A stretch of 64,000 bases of DNA from Octopus sinensis (GCF_006345805.1 NC_043009.1:31248001-31312000), one strand, 5' to 3'. Shown: positions 13,197 to 24,680, counted from the first letter of the stretch. Notes: generated by a model not told the origin, from the letters alone. A program made the numbers and translations.

Positions 13197-13670
13197 AAGG
13201 GTGGTTCTGATTTCTTGAATGTTCAAATTGATGGAACTAATAACATCTAAAGAATTGTTCATGATGAAGGTTTGTGATACATAACTGCAAGATACACTAG
13301 TTTTTGTGAAGGAGCCTGTTTTCTCTTAGAATAAAATGTGCAGGAGAAATAACACTCATTTGTAAGGATGATAGTTTATTCAGGAAAATAACAGAGTATG
13401 TTTTTCACTGAAGCAAATGAAAGGCAAATTTTAGAAGCTGCTAATTGAAAAAAAAAATCCACATTGAAGGCATGGTTCTTCTGGGATCAACAAGAGATGC
13501 TAGAGTGAAACACTATTCCATCATTCTATATCAATGTTTATTGATGGTGCAGCAGTATTAAAGGATTCAGGAAAGCTCAAGATTTTGAAATAAAAAGCAT
13601 GCCAATTAATGTTTTATAACAAACAGATGAGTTATGTATTTCTGATCATCTGTAAAAAGAAACAATTTAA
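11450..13670 (+). mobile_element. Helitron RepHel relic (N-terminal region and Rep/HUH domain; helicase missing)
   Basis: Ordered Helitron motifs: FKDSIRSYNLAF..GHG*NCYHIH, QVETNNLNYVR, GSPRNM..DAMTIIRKFGKIDLF, IKFQKPGLPHTCIL (12718-12759, cf. IEFQKRGLPHAHIL), MIHAPLG..PCMENNKCSKDF, VDSRYVIPH..FKCHINV, ARY..E, STLKAWF. Many stops. Confidence 0.9.
13155..13193. repeat. (AT)n microsatellite inside Helitron coding relic
   Basis: AAATATGGCTTC(AT)n-ATAAAGGGT. Confidence 0.95.
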
Positions 13671-13678
13671 GACAAAGA

Positions 13679-14560
13679 GGTGCCTTATTTGGATACCTTC
13701 AGCTATTGCATAAACCTTTTCTTTTATGATACAATAATTTAACTCTGTGTTGTTTTGCGGGCAACAACAAACTGCTACCAACCTACTATTTTGTTTAAGA
13801 GCATTTTGCTTTGATTGTCAACAGCACCATATTCATTTAACCTACTTTTCTTTTATCCAGTGTGTCTTTCTTTGATTAGCAGATGATTAAAAATAATAAT
13901 TGATCAAACTTGTTATATAAAGCAACAAGCATTAAGTAGAGTTAACTGTGAGAAGGAGAGGAATCAAATTTGTTGGGAATAATTTGATAACCAAGATTGC
14001 AAATAAACTCAGTTGAAAATTTACATCTATCATAATTCAGTGTTATGTTACATTTACAAATAAGTTTCAAGAATTTAAATGTATATTTGTTCTATTCTTC
14101 ATTAGTTACACCACATAAGATGACGTCATCTAAACAGGCAAGTTTTTACAAATAAGATTATCGAAAATTTGTTGTAAACATGCAACACAGCTTGTTGCAC
14201 AGAAACTAAGATGTCTGCACCGAAAGCAATATTACGTTTAGCTCAAAAATGACAAATACGTTTTCATAGCAGCTAAACCTGTTGTTAAAATCAATTGAGG
14301 TTTGAAGGTGTCTCTCAACAAATATCTTTATCTTGTGATTCTATACTTACTGCCACCTTTTTGATGTTCTGAATACAAGTCTTTGATTGAGCGTTGGCAG
14401 TCCAGAGACCATTTCTACCAACTTTGGCTGCTTTGCTTTCACAGTTGAAGCAAGAATAGCATCTTCATAATTTAACCATTCTTGATGGCTTTTGTTTGTC
14501 AGAGAAACAAGGAAGAGCTTTAGCTATGTTGAAATCTGTGATATGAAACAATTATTGTCT
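13679..14560 (-). mobile_element. Ty3/Gypsy LTR-retrotransposon pol relic (RT + RNase H)
   Basis: Minus strand: SFCATSCVACLQQIFDNLI (cf. PFGVTNGVACFQR), CLDDVILCGVTNEE (~14110-14137, cf. YLDD), FSTEFICNLGY, and ELNYCIIKEKVYAIAEGIQIRH (13679-13745, cf. RNase H NYSxxEKEAxAIV). Confidence 0.8.
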
Positions 14561-15669
14561 TGCATTGATAATTACCAGGTTTTGTGCTGTGTTTTCTACG
14601 ATTCCAGAGCCTCTGCCACATCTTCTTTCAGGGTCACTTTTCCATTCCCACCGCCATCTTCCATGTGGCCGGCAGACTTAGTAAAAGACTTGATTTTGAT
14701 CTGACTCAGAACTATTTTGGAGGTTACTTGCAATCAAAGCATTTGGTGGTCTATAATTACTTCTCAAAGAAAAAAAGCACTACAAGGTATGTAGCCTTCT
14801 GCCTACTTATAAGTAGTCCAAGACATTCCAATGCTTCTAGCAGTGATATATCCAGGTTACTAGCCATTCTTTCTTCCTTTCTTCTATATATTCATTAGCA
14901 TTAGAAGACGGTGTCTAGATATCAAAGCTATGATCTGCTATGTGCACTACTAACAAATGTTCTGGTATTAATATATTACGCAGTTGAATGTTGGATGGTG
15001 GGTGAATAAATGATGTGTGCTGCTGGTAGAGGGGATCCATGAAAGAGGATCTCAAAGAATGCATTGGGAGAAGTGATTATATGATATCACATGCTGTTAA
15101 ACCTCAGTCAAGAGATGAGATGAAAGATTGTGACAACAATATACTGTGGCCAACCTGTCCAACCCATCCAAACCAGTTATCTCTGTAAAGCCTACTTTAA
15201 AATAGCAATGAGGATTGCAATGACAATGGGATTACAATGGACATGAGGGATAGAAGTAGTATTTATGCTATTTAAGAATTCTTAACTAAAATTTATCTGT
15301 TAGTTTATTCCTTCATATGTCCTTGTTTTGCTTGCAAAATATGACAGCTATTGTCAACACTTAAAGAAAAGGGACTTTTGGGATAAGAAGTTCTTTCATT
15401 GTATATGTATTCTGTATGTTTTCGTATTACAAAATGGCAATCAGAGGATTCTGGTGGAATGAGGCAAAATATAAGAAATAGGATAATTCTTTATGAAATT
15501 CCATTTGAGAAATTTAAGATTAAATTCTTAGTCAATCGATAATAACATGAAATATTTCCTATCTTTTTGTTTAAGAATTTTACTTTCAGATATTTTCTAA
15601 TATTTTGTTCTAATTCTAGGGAAGGTTTAATACTTAAGTGGTAATTTGCTCTAGGGACCTGTAAATACT

Positions 15670-15678
15670 TTAATATAT

Positions 15679-15718
<40 letters not shown>

Positions 15719-15905
15719 GTATATATGTATGTATGTATATATGTATGTATATGTATGTATATGTATATATATATATATGTATATATGTATGTATATGTAT
15801 ATATATAATATATATAATATCATATATATATAGATAGATAGAGAGAGATTCCTGTACATATGTATATATGCACAAACAAACAACTATGCATTCATATACA
15901 TGGAC
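15670..15905. repeat. Compound (TA)/(TG)/(TATG) microsatellite
   Basis: Directly visible. Confidence 0.9.
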
Positions 15906-16284
15906 AAACATTTGCATATGCATAAATTGGTGTGTATATATACACACATGCACATTCATATGCACATGCTCACACAGATACATATATCTCCACAGCTACA
16001 TCATAGCTATAAACACCTAACTAGCGAAATATCCGATATGCTTGTACAATAATCTGCAAATGTACGTTGCCGGATTCATTTTTGTAAAAGTGAAAGATTT
16101 ATGATAATTTGGAATATTTGTTTAACCTAATTAAGAAAAACCATTCTAGAAGAGTGCTTTAGATGTGGTGTTATTTTGTGGGCAAAATCTGTGAAAACGT
16201 ATTGCAAATATTAATGGCACATTATAGCAGTTTAGTTGTACGTAATACAACATATTTATGTATGGATGTACATATGTATATATA

Positions 16285-16440
16285 TGCGTGCCATTGGTGA
16301 TTTCTTTTCTATCTTTGGATTTTTTCCTTTCTCCTTTCCGTCAAAGAGCTATGCTCAAAATGTCAAGCTTTCTCCTTTCACCAAGCGTCAAGCTAATACA
16401 TTTCTTGTGCACGTCCTTACATTCGTTTTTTTCAGATATA
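16285..16440 (+). mobile_element. HH-A element with decayed hammerhead
   Basis: CCGTCAA-A-GAGC-TAT-GCTC-AAAAT-GTC at 16338-16364. Ends at (TA)n. Confidence 0.65.
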
Positions 16441-16454
16441 CATACATACATACG

Positions 16455-16533
<79 letters not shown>
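16440..16533. repeat. (TA)n/(TACA)n microsatellite
   Basis: Directly visible. Confidence 0.95.
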
Positions 16534-16559
16534 GATTAATCAAAACAAATAATGAAGAA

Positions 16560-16745
16560 AATTCACAAGAAGAAGAAAAATATAACGCGAGGATGTGGTA
16601 CATGCAAAGTATTAACAGATGCTCAGGGAAGGAAAAAAAGGTAGTTTTATGTTTCAAGCAAAGCTCTTCTTCAGAAACAGGAGACGGAGGAAAGTCCAAT
16701 AGAAAAGGAAGATATAGGAAAAAAAATCACCAGCAATCCACATGT
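16560..16745 (-). mobile_element. HH-A element, minus strand
   Basis: Reverse complement aligns by eye with 2584-2791 and 57280-57420. Confidence 0.7.
16644..16678 (-). ncRNA. Minimal hammerhead ribozyme motif, near-intact
   Basis: Minus strand GTTT-CTGAAGA-A-GAGC-TTT-GCTT-GAAAC-ATA-AAAC. Stem I GTTT/AAAC, stem II GAGC/GCTT. Stem III palindrome ACGT decayed to ACAT. Confidence 0.55.
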
Positions 16746-16779
16746 AGTTACATTTTGAAAAAATATATATTACATATAA

Positions 16780-16836
<57 letters not shown>

Positions 16837-17329
16837 ATATATATATATATATATAAAGATGTGTTATAATATTATTCCACAGCCATACCAACAATCCAAC
16901 TTACCTCCATCATCAGTTGCCCCATGGCATATATATATATGCATGTGTGTATGTATACACACTGTCATCTGGCATATATATATGAGACTTAAAGCAAGGT
17001 AATCATTGCCTTTACAGAAAGCCAAATGTCATAATATTGAAGTCCAATAACCCTTCAATTATCACAGTTGTTACTTTCCAATGCCCTCATGACCGGTGAA
17101 AATCCACGAAATAGAAACAGTACTATACTGTATATATTTTTTATTATTTTTATAATTTGTATATACTTATATTGTTATAAATGCAAAACAAGGTCACACA
17201 CTCACCTCCTTAGTTTCGTTTACCATACAGTATAAGCAATTCTTAGTTTACTCATCTATGGTACACTACATATTTTCTTTAATTAATGTGTTATATAGTG
17301 CATGTATTTTTATTTATTAATTTATTAAT

Positions 17330-18410
17330 TTTTAAGCATGAAAATGCTGATTTTACCACAGAAATAATTAAAATCTAAAAAATATAAATACCTATCAGCC
17401 ACAGAAACCTGCAATATACTAAGGAGTCCATGATATAAATTTACATATATTAGCCAGAAAAATCCGTGATGTACTGAGTGCATGATAGGCAAACCATGAT
17501 ATGGCAAGGGATTACTATAATGACGGCATGAGAGGTGAACCGCAATATGGCAAATGATTACTGTATATTAAACATTCTTTAGTCAGCCTGTTGTAATCAT
17601 GAAGAATTTTGTAAATAGGATTAGAAGCTGCATTTCTAATATTTAATCTGATGAAGAAACATTTAATCATGCATTACCTTACGACAATAACGGCTTAAAA
17701 CAGAGTGATTGTACAAGAAGATATATCCCATTGTGTATAACCAAAGACATAAAACGTCACACATATGTAGCATTAGCCCCTACAAAGGCACAATTTACCC
17801 TAGATGGAGTACCCCATGCCAAAAGAACTTTTGTAAATCTCATATAGTAGTAGTTTTGAATTTGTCATATATTAATATATCACAAAATCATAAGAACTGC
17901 TTGAATTTCAGATACAGCTCTACTAGACAGTTTTGAAATATAATTTCTGGCTTTAAGATACTTCAAAACCAAGAACGACCTTCAGTAAAATAATAAGTCC
18001 TGTGCAACTGTACCAGCATTAATTAACATCCACTTAATGACAAATGTTCCAGCAAATAAAAGGTATATGATGTTAATGTGAATTTGACAGCGATATAATA
18101 TTCTTATAAAAGGATCAACGAAGTATACCTTTAAGAAAAGATACACACAACACACTTGCTCTTTTGTGCATTGGAGTAAAGGTTCACCACCTCTATTTCA
18201 TGAAAGATCAGGAGAATAAAAGATGAAATTACCACAATCTTTTAGATACAAAGGTCAGTGGTCTAATTCGCAAAACCATATTCTGGAAAATCTGGATCAT
18301 GCTACTTCTGCACCTGTGAAAAATCCTCTGTATTGATGTCTCTTCTTTACTTGTATTTTAGAAACGAACTTACTTCAGAAGGTCACCATCAAAACAAGTA
18401 CATTCTTTGA
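17330..18410 (+). mobile_element. Penelope-like element relic (RT C-terminus + GIY-YIG endonuclease)
   Basis: RSCISNI*SDEETFNHALPY, LCNCTSIN*HPLNDKCSSK*KVY, KGSTKYTFKKRYTQHTCSF (~18108-18164), and CYFCTCEKSSVL...RNELTSEGHHQNKYIL* (18300-18410). Order and content match the PLE C-terminus (CNCR..CPL.G.C, YIG.T..FK.RY..H..SF, C.LCL.EK...RNEL...CRH.NK). Confidence 0.85.
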
Positions 18411-18739
18411 AATTTCATTGCATTCCTATAGGCTGAATATACTGCAATATTATAACCAAAATTACTTTGAAATTCTTCAATCGTTTTTGGAAGTTTATTG
18501 AAGTATTATATATATCAAACAGATATTTAGTTTCTCATTCCTGACCCGCATTTTTATATCAAAGACTGAATATTAACTAAATGTTCAAAGATATTTCACA
18601 TGAGAACTGCATACTATTGATAAACTGACCTCTCTTTATATCAATATTAGAAAAAGAACTGGAATCTCGTTTTCTTTTTGAATATGTACATCATATCACT
18701 TTACTTTAGATCAGCTGTTCTCCCTAGACTGGCAATATG

Positions 18740-18756
18740 TATATATATATTATATA

Positions 18757-18806
<50 letters not shown>

Positions 18807-18817
18807 TATATATATAC

Positions 18818-18875
<58 letters not shown>

Positions 18876-18950
18876 TATATATATATAAATATATATATAA
18901 TATATATATAAATATATAATATATATATATATATATTATAATATATATAT

Positions 18951-19013
<63 letters not shown>

Positions 19014-19022
19014 TTTATATAT
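18740..19022. repeat. Long interrupted (TA)n array
   Basis: Directly visible. Confidence 0.95.
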
Positions 19023-19279
19023 CACTCTCTTTTTCAACACACACATACATAATATACACACACAGATGTCTCGGGCTCTCTTTTTTTGTTTTGTCTTATT
19101 CTTTATTGTATTGTAATTTCTCCCTTTCTCTTTAAACCTTCATCTATGTACACACACACACACACAGGCACACACACACGTCTCATTCTCGTTTGTTTTA
19201 ATGGATTTAACCTCTCTGACATTCCCCAGCTTTGTTCTCTTTTACTTATCACTCTCATAAATAAGCACACTCATACAAA

Positions 19280-19318
19280 TATTATATATATATATGCATG
19301 TGTTTGTAGATGTGAGTG

Positions 19319-19362
<44 letters not shown>

Positions 19363-19425
19363 CTCATATATATATATATAATATATATATATACATTTAT
19401 ATATACATATATATATATATACATA

Positions 19426-19462
<37 letters not shown>
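19280..19462. repeat. Interrupted (TA)n array
   Basis: Directly visible. Confidence 0.9.
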
Positions 19463-19465
<3 letters not shown>

Positions 19466-20046
19466 TGAAATGTACTCAAATAAAAAAATGTGACATTAAA
19501 TACTTTTTGCTCTCTCTTCCTTTTCTTCTTTCTTAGCCCACCCCATCTCTAGCTCCTGATCATATTTCTTTATCCTCTTATTATATACCCCACCCACATA
19601 TATATATATTTATGTATATGTGTGTGTGTGTGTACATATATATATATATATTCTTGTTACCTTTTTCTATTTATACCTATATCTTTTCTCGCAGTTTTAT
19701 TACTCTATCACTCTTTATTTCTATGTCTTACCTTATATCCAATTACGTTTTGAACATCAAATTCTAAATACTTATATCTTACATTATACATGTCGTTGGG
19801 TTAATATGGGTTAATATGATAGAAAGAATCAAGGAAAATTAAAGATGGTGGAAATTTTGCCAATCTTATCTAGCGCCAAGGTGAAAAAAATGGAAATATA
19901 TTGATGTAAACTCTGTTTCTTCATTAATAAAGTAACACAAAAAAAAATATAATTAACTAATATCTTGTTTGAGGATGTGGCTGTTATCAATGAAATGACA
20001 ACTGAGTCAGCCTATACTTCACTGAAAAGGTTTAATAAAACTGAAA

Positions 20047-20644
20047 CATGTTTGGAATTAGAAAATTACTATTTGTAAATCTTACAGTGAGAGATATTCT
20101 GCAACAGTACTTTGAACTAAAGATTATTTGCCAACAACATGGCAGTCCTTGTTCAAAAATATAAGGACACAGACCATGTCGTATAGCCAGCTGGTGATGA
20201 TGTCTCCTGGGGCTAAATTACAGCAACATTCGCCCTAAACCAGGACTGCTATGTTATGTTGGCAAATAATCTTTACTCCAAAGTACTTTTGCTGAATATC
20301 TCTCATTGTGAAATATACAAATAGTAATTTTCTAATTTATAGATCAGTGACAAGTTGTCACTTTGAAAACTATATATTTCGAATGGGAATTTAGCAGTGC
20401 AACCTCTAGCCAAACAAGTATTCTGTGCTGATGAGAGGAAATAAACCTGAAATTGCAATACACAGATACTGTTTTGAGCTGAGTGGTGGTGCTAGATTCC
20501 CTTGTTCGAAAATATAAGGACACAGATCATGTCATATAGCCAGCTGGAGACGATGTCTCCTGAGGCTAAATTACAGCAACATTCGTCCTAAACCAGGACT
20601 GCCATGTTATGTTGGCAAATAATCTTTACTCCATGTTTGGAATT
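20047..20644 (+). mobile_element. Hammerhead-bearing cassette with inverted arms and partial direct duplication, flanked by 13-bp direct repeats (putative PLE-derived or retrozyme-like element)
   Basis: CATGTTTGGAATT at 20047-20059 and 20632-20644. Inverted arms 20056-20148 / 20243-20337. Direct duplication 20147-20280 / 20500-20633. Confidence 0.7.
20417..20470 (+). ncRNA. Minimal type I hammerhead ribozyme with palindromic stem III
   Basis: Stem I AGTATTCTGTG/CACAGATACT (10 bp, 1 bulge), core CTGATGA (20428-34), stem II AGG-AAATAAA-CCT, GAAA (20449-52), palindrome ATTGCAAT (20452-59), AUA cleavage triplet ending at 20460. Confidence 0.75.
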
Positions 20645-21219
20645 GTCTGAATGCTAAATATCAATCTCACTCTCTACTGTATACTTCTATTCAGTTTTTG
20701 AATAATTTGGATTCTAGAACTGTCTCCCTTAACTTTCTTGACAATATTAAATCACCATTACTATAGAATAAATTAATTTTAAAATCTTCCATATTATCTC
20801 TTTTGCGATTCTGTGGTCACTCCTTTATACATATGCACTTATATCTAGAATAACGGCCGTTATACCATCTGGTGCGGGAACTCGGTTTTAAGTTTTGAAA
20901 CTGTCATATTACTTTCAGTGAGTGTTCCGTTTATGAATAAATTGTTGATGTTGCTTTTACAGATGGATACCAGTAATTACTCATGCTTTATAGTTTAAAG
21001 AGGATCGCTCAGTATTGTTATTGATTCATCCTGGCATTGCTGCAGACAAATTATAAATTTTATTATGATGTAAGACTCAGGAGCAAAACAGAACCAAAAC
21101 TTTATCAGAGTTAGTTTTAAATCTTCTACTCTGAGGTCTTTCATGGAGAATCCTTCCTCAAATAACCTTCAAAGTTCTTCTTCAGTTAATAATACTTCAG
21201 AAACACGCAGTGCAGTGTG

Positions 21220-21400
21220 TCCTGGCAGCTGGGGAGATGTATCGCAGATGTGCCCACTTGGCACTCAACTGTTATTTATTTTATCAACTCCGAAAGACAA
21301 TATCAATCTGAAAACCATTTGAACACAGAATGTGAAGCTAGAAGAAATGCTGCTAAGCAATTTGTCCAGCATGGTAACAATTCTGCCAGTCTGCTGCCCT
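21220..21400 (-). mobile_element. SINE-A, degenerate
   Basis: Reverse complement of head (..CTGGCAGAATTGTTACCATGCTGG..) and TTGATAAAATAAATAACAG core. Confidence 0.65.
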
Positions 21401-21554
21401 GACAAATAATAATAATGTTTCTCACATTGACTCATAAATGCAAATACATCACTTTATACACAAATGCAGAGTGCTAAGTATTTTTTTAATACTTTTTATT
21501 ATAATTTTCATATTTGTCTTTTTGTCTTGACATCACACAATGTTTACAAATTAA

Positions 21555-21720
21555 AGTCATTATCATAAGCAATGTCCTTCATCCTTCAATAGCAATCTGC
21601 CCTGAAAACATGTCAAGTCATAGGGATATATTACCTTGCTTGGAAACAGGTGATCGTTGGCAACAGGAAGGGCAACATGCAATAGAAAATCTACGTCAAT
21701 AAATTCTGTTGGGTCCATAA
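21555..21720 (+). mobile_element. Family C2 fragment
   Basis: GAAAACATGTC...ATATTACCTTGCTTGGAAACAGGTGA..GTTGGCAACAGGAAGGGCA. Confidence 0.7.
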
Positions 21721-22010
21721 AATCATAAAAAGTGCATGCTAAACCAATGACAATATATATCTGTAAATATGTGTGTGCTAATCTATGTTGGCTCCATTCA
21801 ATAACTTCTGCAGATGACAAACATGTTCATGCTATTATATTGAAACCAATAGGTAATATAAATCCACCTTAAAAAGTTATTCACAATCTTTATATCCCTC
21901 TCTTTCAATCCGCTTCTCTTAATTCTTTCTCTCACACATGTTATTCATACATATAAATGAATTATGTGTATATGTGTGAGTAAATGTGTGTCACTATACA
22001 CTGCATGTAC

Positions 22011-22052
<42 letters not shown>

Positions 22053-22664
22053 GCATGTGCACATAGACAATCTTATATGAATGTAGGTGAGACTTACAAT
22101 AAGCAAATATATACTCCTATGCATTCTTAGCAAAATATTAATTTAAAAATATAATTATTGACGAGCGGAAGGGTTTAAGATAAAATTCAAAAACATTAAG
22201 TAAAACTTAAAACCAAGAAATCTTGATATAATTCTATGATCTTGGTTGTATATAGGGAGCAAATGATGCAGAAAACACACACTTTGAAGATACACTTCAA
22301 ATGATATCATGACATAAATATATATATACGCTACAATATTTATATACACAAACACATTTTTGTATGGGCAATCATGCACACGCTTGCACAGTAGCAGATA
22401 TTAGAGCTGCACTCTACTTCGATATAACATATTTATCATCATCTTTCTTTTACCATTTTATAACCCTTTTCACTGGTGGCTTGAGTTGGACACTTCGATA
22501 AGTTTCAAGGGGTCATAAGACAACATCTGTATGTGTGTATGTGTGTGAGTCTGTATGTGCATGTGTGTGTGTGTGTAATTAAATACATATGTGCAAGTGT
22601 GTACATGCATATTCATATTAAATGTATAATATGCATTCAGACATAGATAGACAGACAGATGGAC

Positions 22665-22774
<110 letters not shown>

Positions 22775-23020
22775 CGAAGTGTGCAATTTCTTCATTGACA
22801 GGTTCAGCAAAATGTATTGAAGTTCTGACAAACTCTTGAGGGAGAATCAAGCCATTAACATATAAAAGAGCCTCGAAGACAACCAAATCTGAATATTTGA
22901 ATTAAAGCCGTAGCAAATAGAGTGAACAGGATGGGGCTAAATGCAGAACTGTGCCAAGTGCCTACAAAGAACCTCAATTTCTCTGTAAAGTTGTTTAAAA
23001 TACCATAAGATGCTGCTTCA

Positions 23021-23175
23021 GTGGTGAGCTGAGAGAATTTCTTCTGGCTCCCTATGTTCTGAGTTCAAATCCTGCTGTGGTTCAACTTTGCCTTTCATCT
23101 TTTCAGAATCAATGAAATAAAGTACCAGTGAAGTACAGAAGTTGATGCAATTGGCTTGTCCTCTCTCTTCAAAAC
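23021..23175 (+). mobile_element. SINE-A with internal deletion
   Basis: GTGGTGAGCTG...GTTCTGAGTTCAAATCC...CTTTGCCTTTCATC...AAGTACCAG. Confidence 0.75.
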
Positions 23176-23332
23176 TTGTTCGTCTTGAGTCCAGTGATAG
23201 ATTGGTACCCACTTCAGTGGGGACTGTTGTGACCTTGGTCACTTCAATGCTATGGCAACAGGGTAACCAGCTTCATCGGTCTTTGGGCTAAAGGTGAAAA
23301 AGAAAAATGCAGATTAAATTGCTCTCACAAGC

Positions 23333-23680
23333 ACACCTGTGCTGGTACCATGTAAAAATCACCCAGTCCACACTCTATAAAATGGTTGGCTTTAGGGAGA
23401 GCATCCAGCCACAGGAACCATGCCAAAACGGACAATTGGCACCTGGTGCAGCTCTCCAGCAAGCCTGCCCCTTTCCCCTTTCAAACCATCCAAGCCATAC
23501 CAGCATGGAGAACAGACTTAAATGATGATGATGATGATCATCATCATCATCATGATGGTGATGATGATGATGATGATGATGACCATGATGATGATCATGA
23601 TCATGATGATCATGATGATCATGATGATCATGATAATGATGATGATGGTGACGGTGGTGATGATGATAACGATGATGATG
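23333..23680 (+). mobile_element. Family C retroposon end with expanded (GAT)n tail
   Basis: Matches the 54900-55095 motif order. Tail 23520-23680. Confidence 0.8.
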
Positions 23681-23959
23681 AAACCATTTATATACGTAAT
23701 GATTCCACAGGAGTCACTGGATTCCATGAAATATAATCGTCTTGATTAACCAATTTGAGCCAGTTTGTCTCAGCTTTGCTCTAATTTTCAAATAACAAAA
23801 CACTATCTTACCAAACCAAATTCTACGTTTCAACTATCACTGTAGTATAAGTTTGCAATTACTCCGAGAATTGGTCAGTGATGTGGGGTGGGGGTAGTAG
23901 GAGCTTGAAATTGTCATGCCCTGGTTCATCTCAAAGACATTTATAACAGTCAACAATAG

Positions 23960-24560
23960 TGATGAGATTGATGATGATGATGGTGGTGAAGGTGACAATG
24001 ACAATGGTGGTGATGATGCTGCTGCTGCTGATGATGATGACTGAGATGGCTGTGATAATAATAGCGATGATGACAACGATGACGATGATATTGATGTTAT
24101 TCTCAGGCAATTTATTCTTTGGTATATAAGACAATCTTACAATTTCCTTGCCAAAGAATGTTTAGATTGCTGCTAGTGATGATGGTGGTAGTGGTGGTGG
24201 TGGTGGTAGCAGGGGGTGGTGGTGGTGGCGGCAGCAGGGGTGGTGGTATTCATAATGATAATGATAACACTAATGATGGTGGTGGTGGCGGCAGCGGCGG
24301 CGGTTGTGGTGGTGATGGTGGTGGTAGTGGGAGTTGGTATTCTGCTGACAATGATAACGATTATGATGATGACAGTTTTAATATAAGGCAATGGTGGTGA
24401 GGATGGCGACAATAAAGATGGAAAACGGTGATAATATTTTGATTGCGATGATAATGTTGATGTTGATGATGTTGGCGTTGTTGACATTGATGGTGACATG
24501 AATGTCAACAACCACGTGGAAGTGATGATGATATAAAAGGTGATAAAGATGACAATGATA
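23960..24560. repeat. Compound (GAT)/(GGT)/(GGC) trinucleotide region
   Basis: Directly visible. Confidence 0.85.
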
Positions 24561-24592
24561 AAGGCAATAATAATCACTGTGACGATAACTGA

Positions 24593-24594
<2 letters not shown>

Positions 24595-24678
<84 letters not shown>

Positions 24679-24680
24679 TC
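24595..24680. repeat. (CA)n microsatellite
   Basis: Directly visible. Confidence 0.95.

Noticed and set aside
14353-14462. Exon-like minus segment CYSCFNCESKAAKVGRNGLWTANAQSKTC with a GTAAGT donor
   Set aside because: It lies in register upstream of the Gypsy RT motifs and is better explained as decayed pol. The acceptor is poor.
17648-17660. CTGATGAAGAAAC
   Set aside because: These are codons for SDEET in the Penelope ORF relic; there is no stem II.
20284-20326. Second hammerhead-like fold in the right inverted arm (CTGAATA...GAAATATA with an 8-bp stem I)
   Set aside because: G8 is missing, there is no stem II, and the mirrored left arm does not preserve the core.
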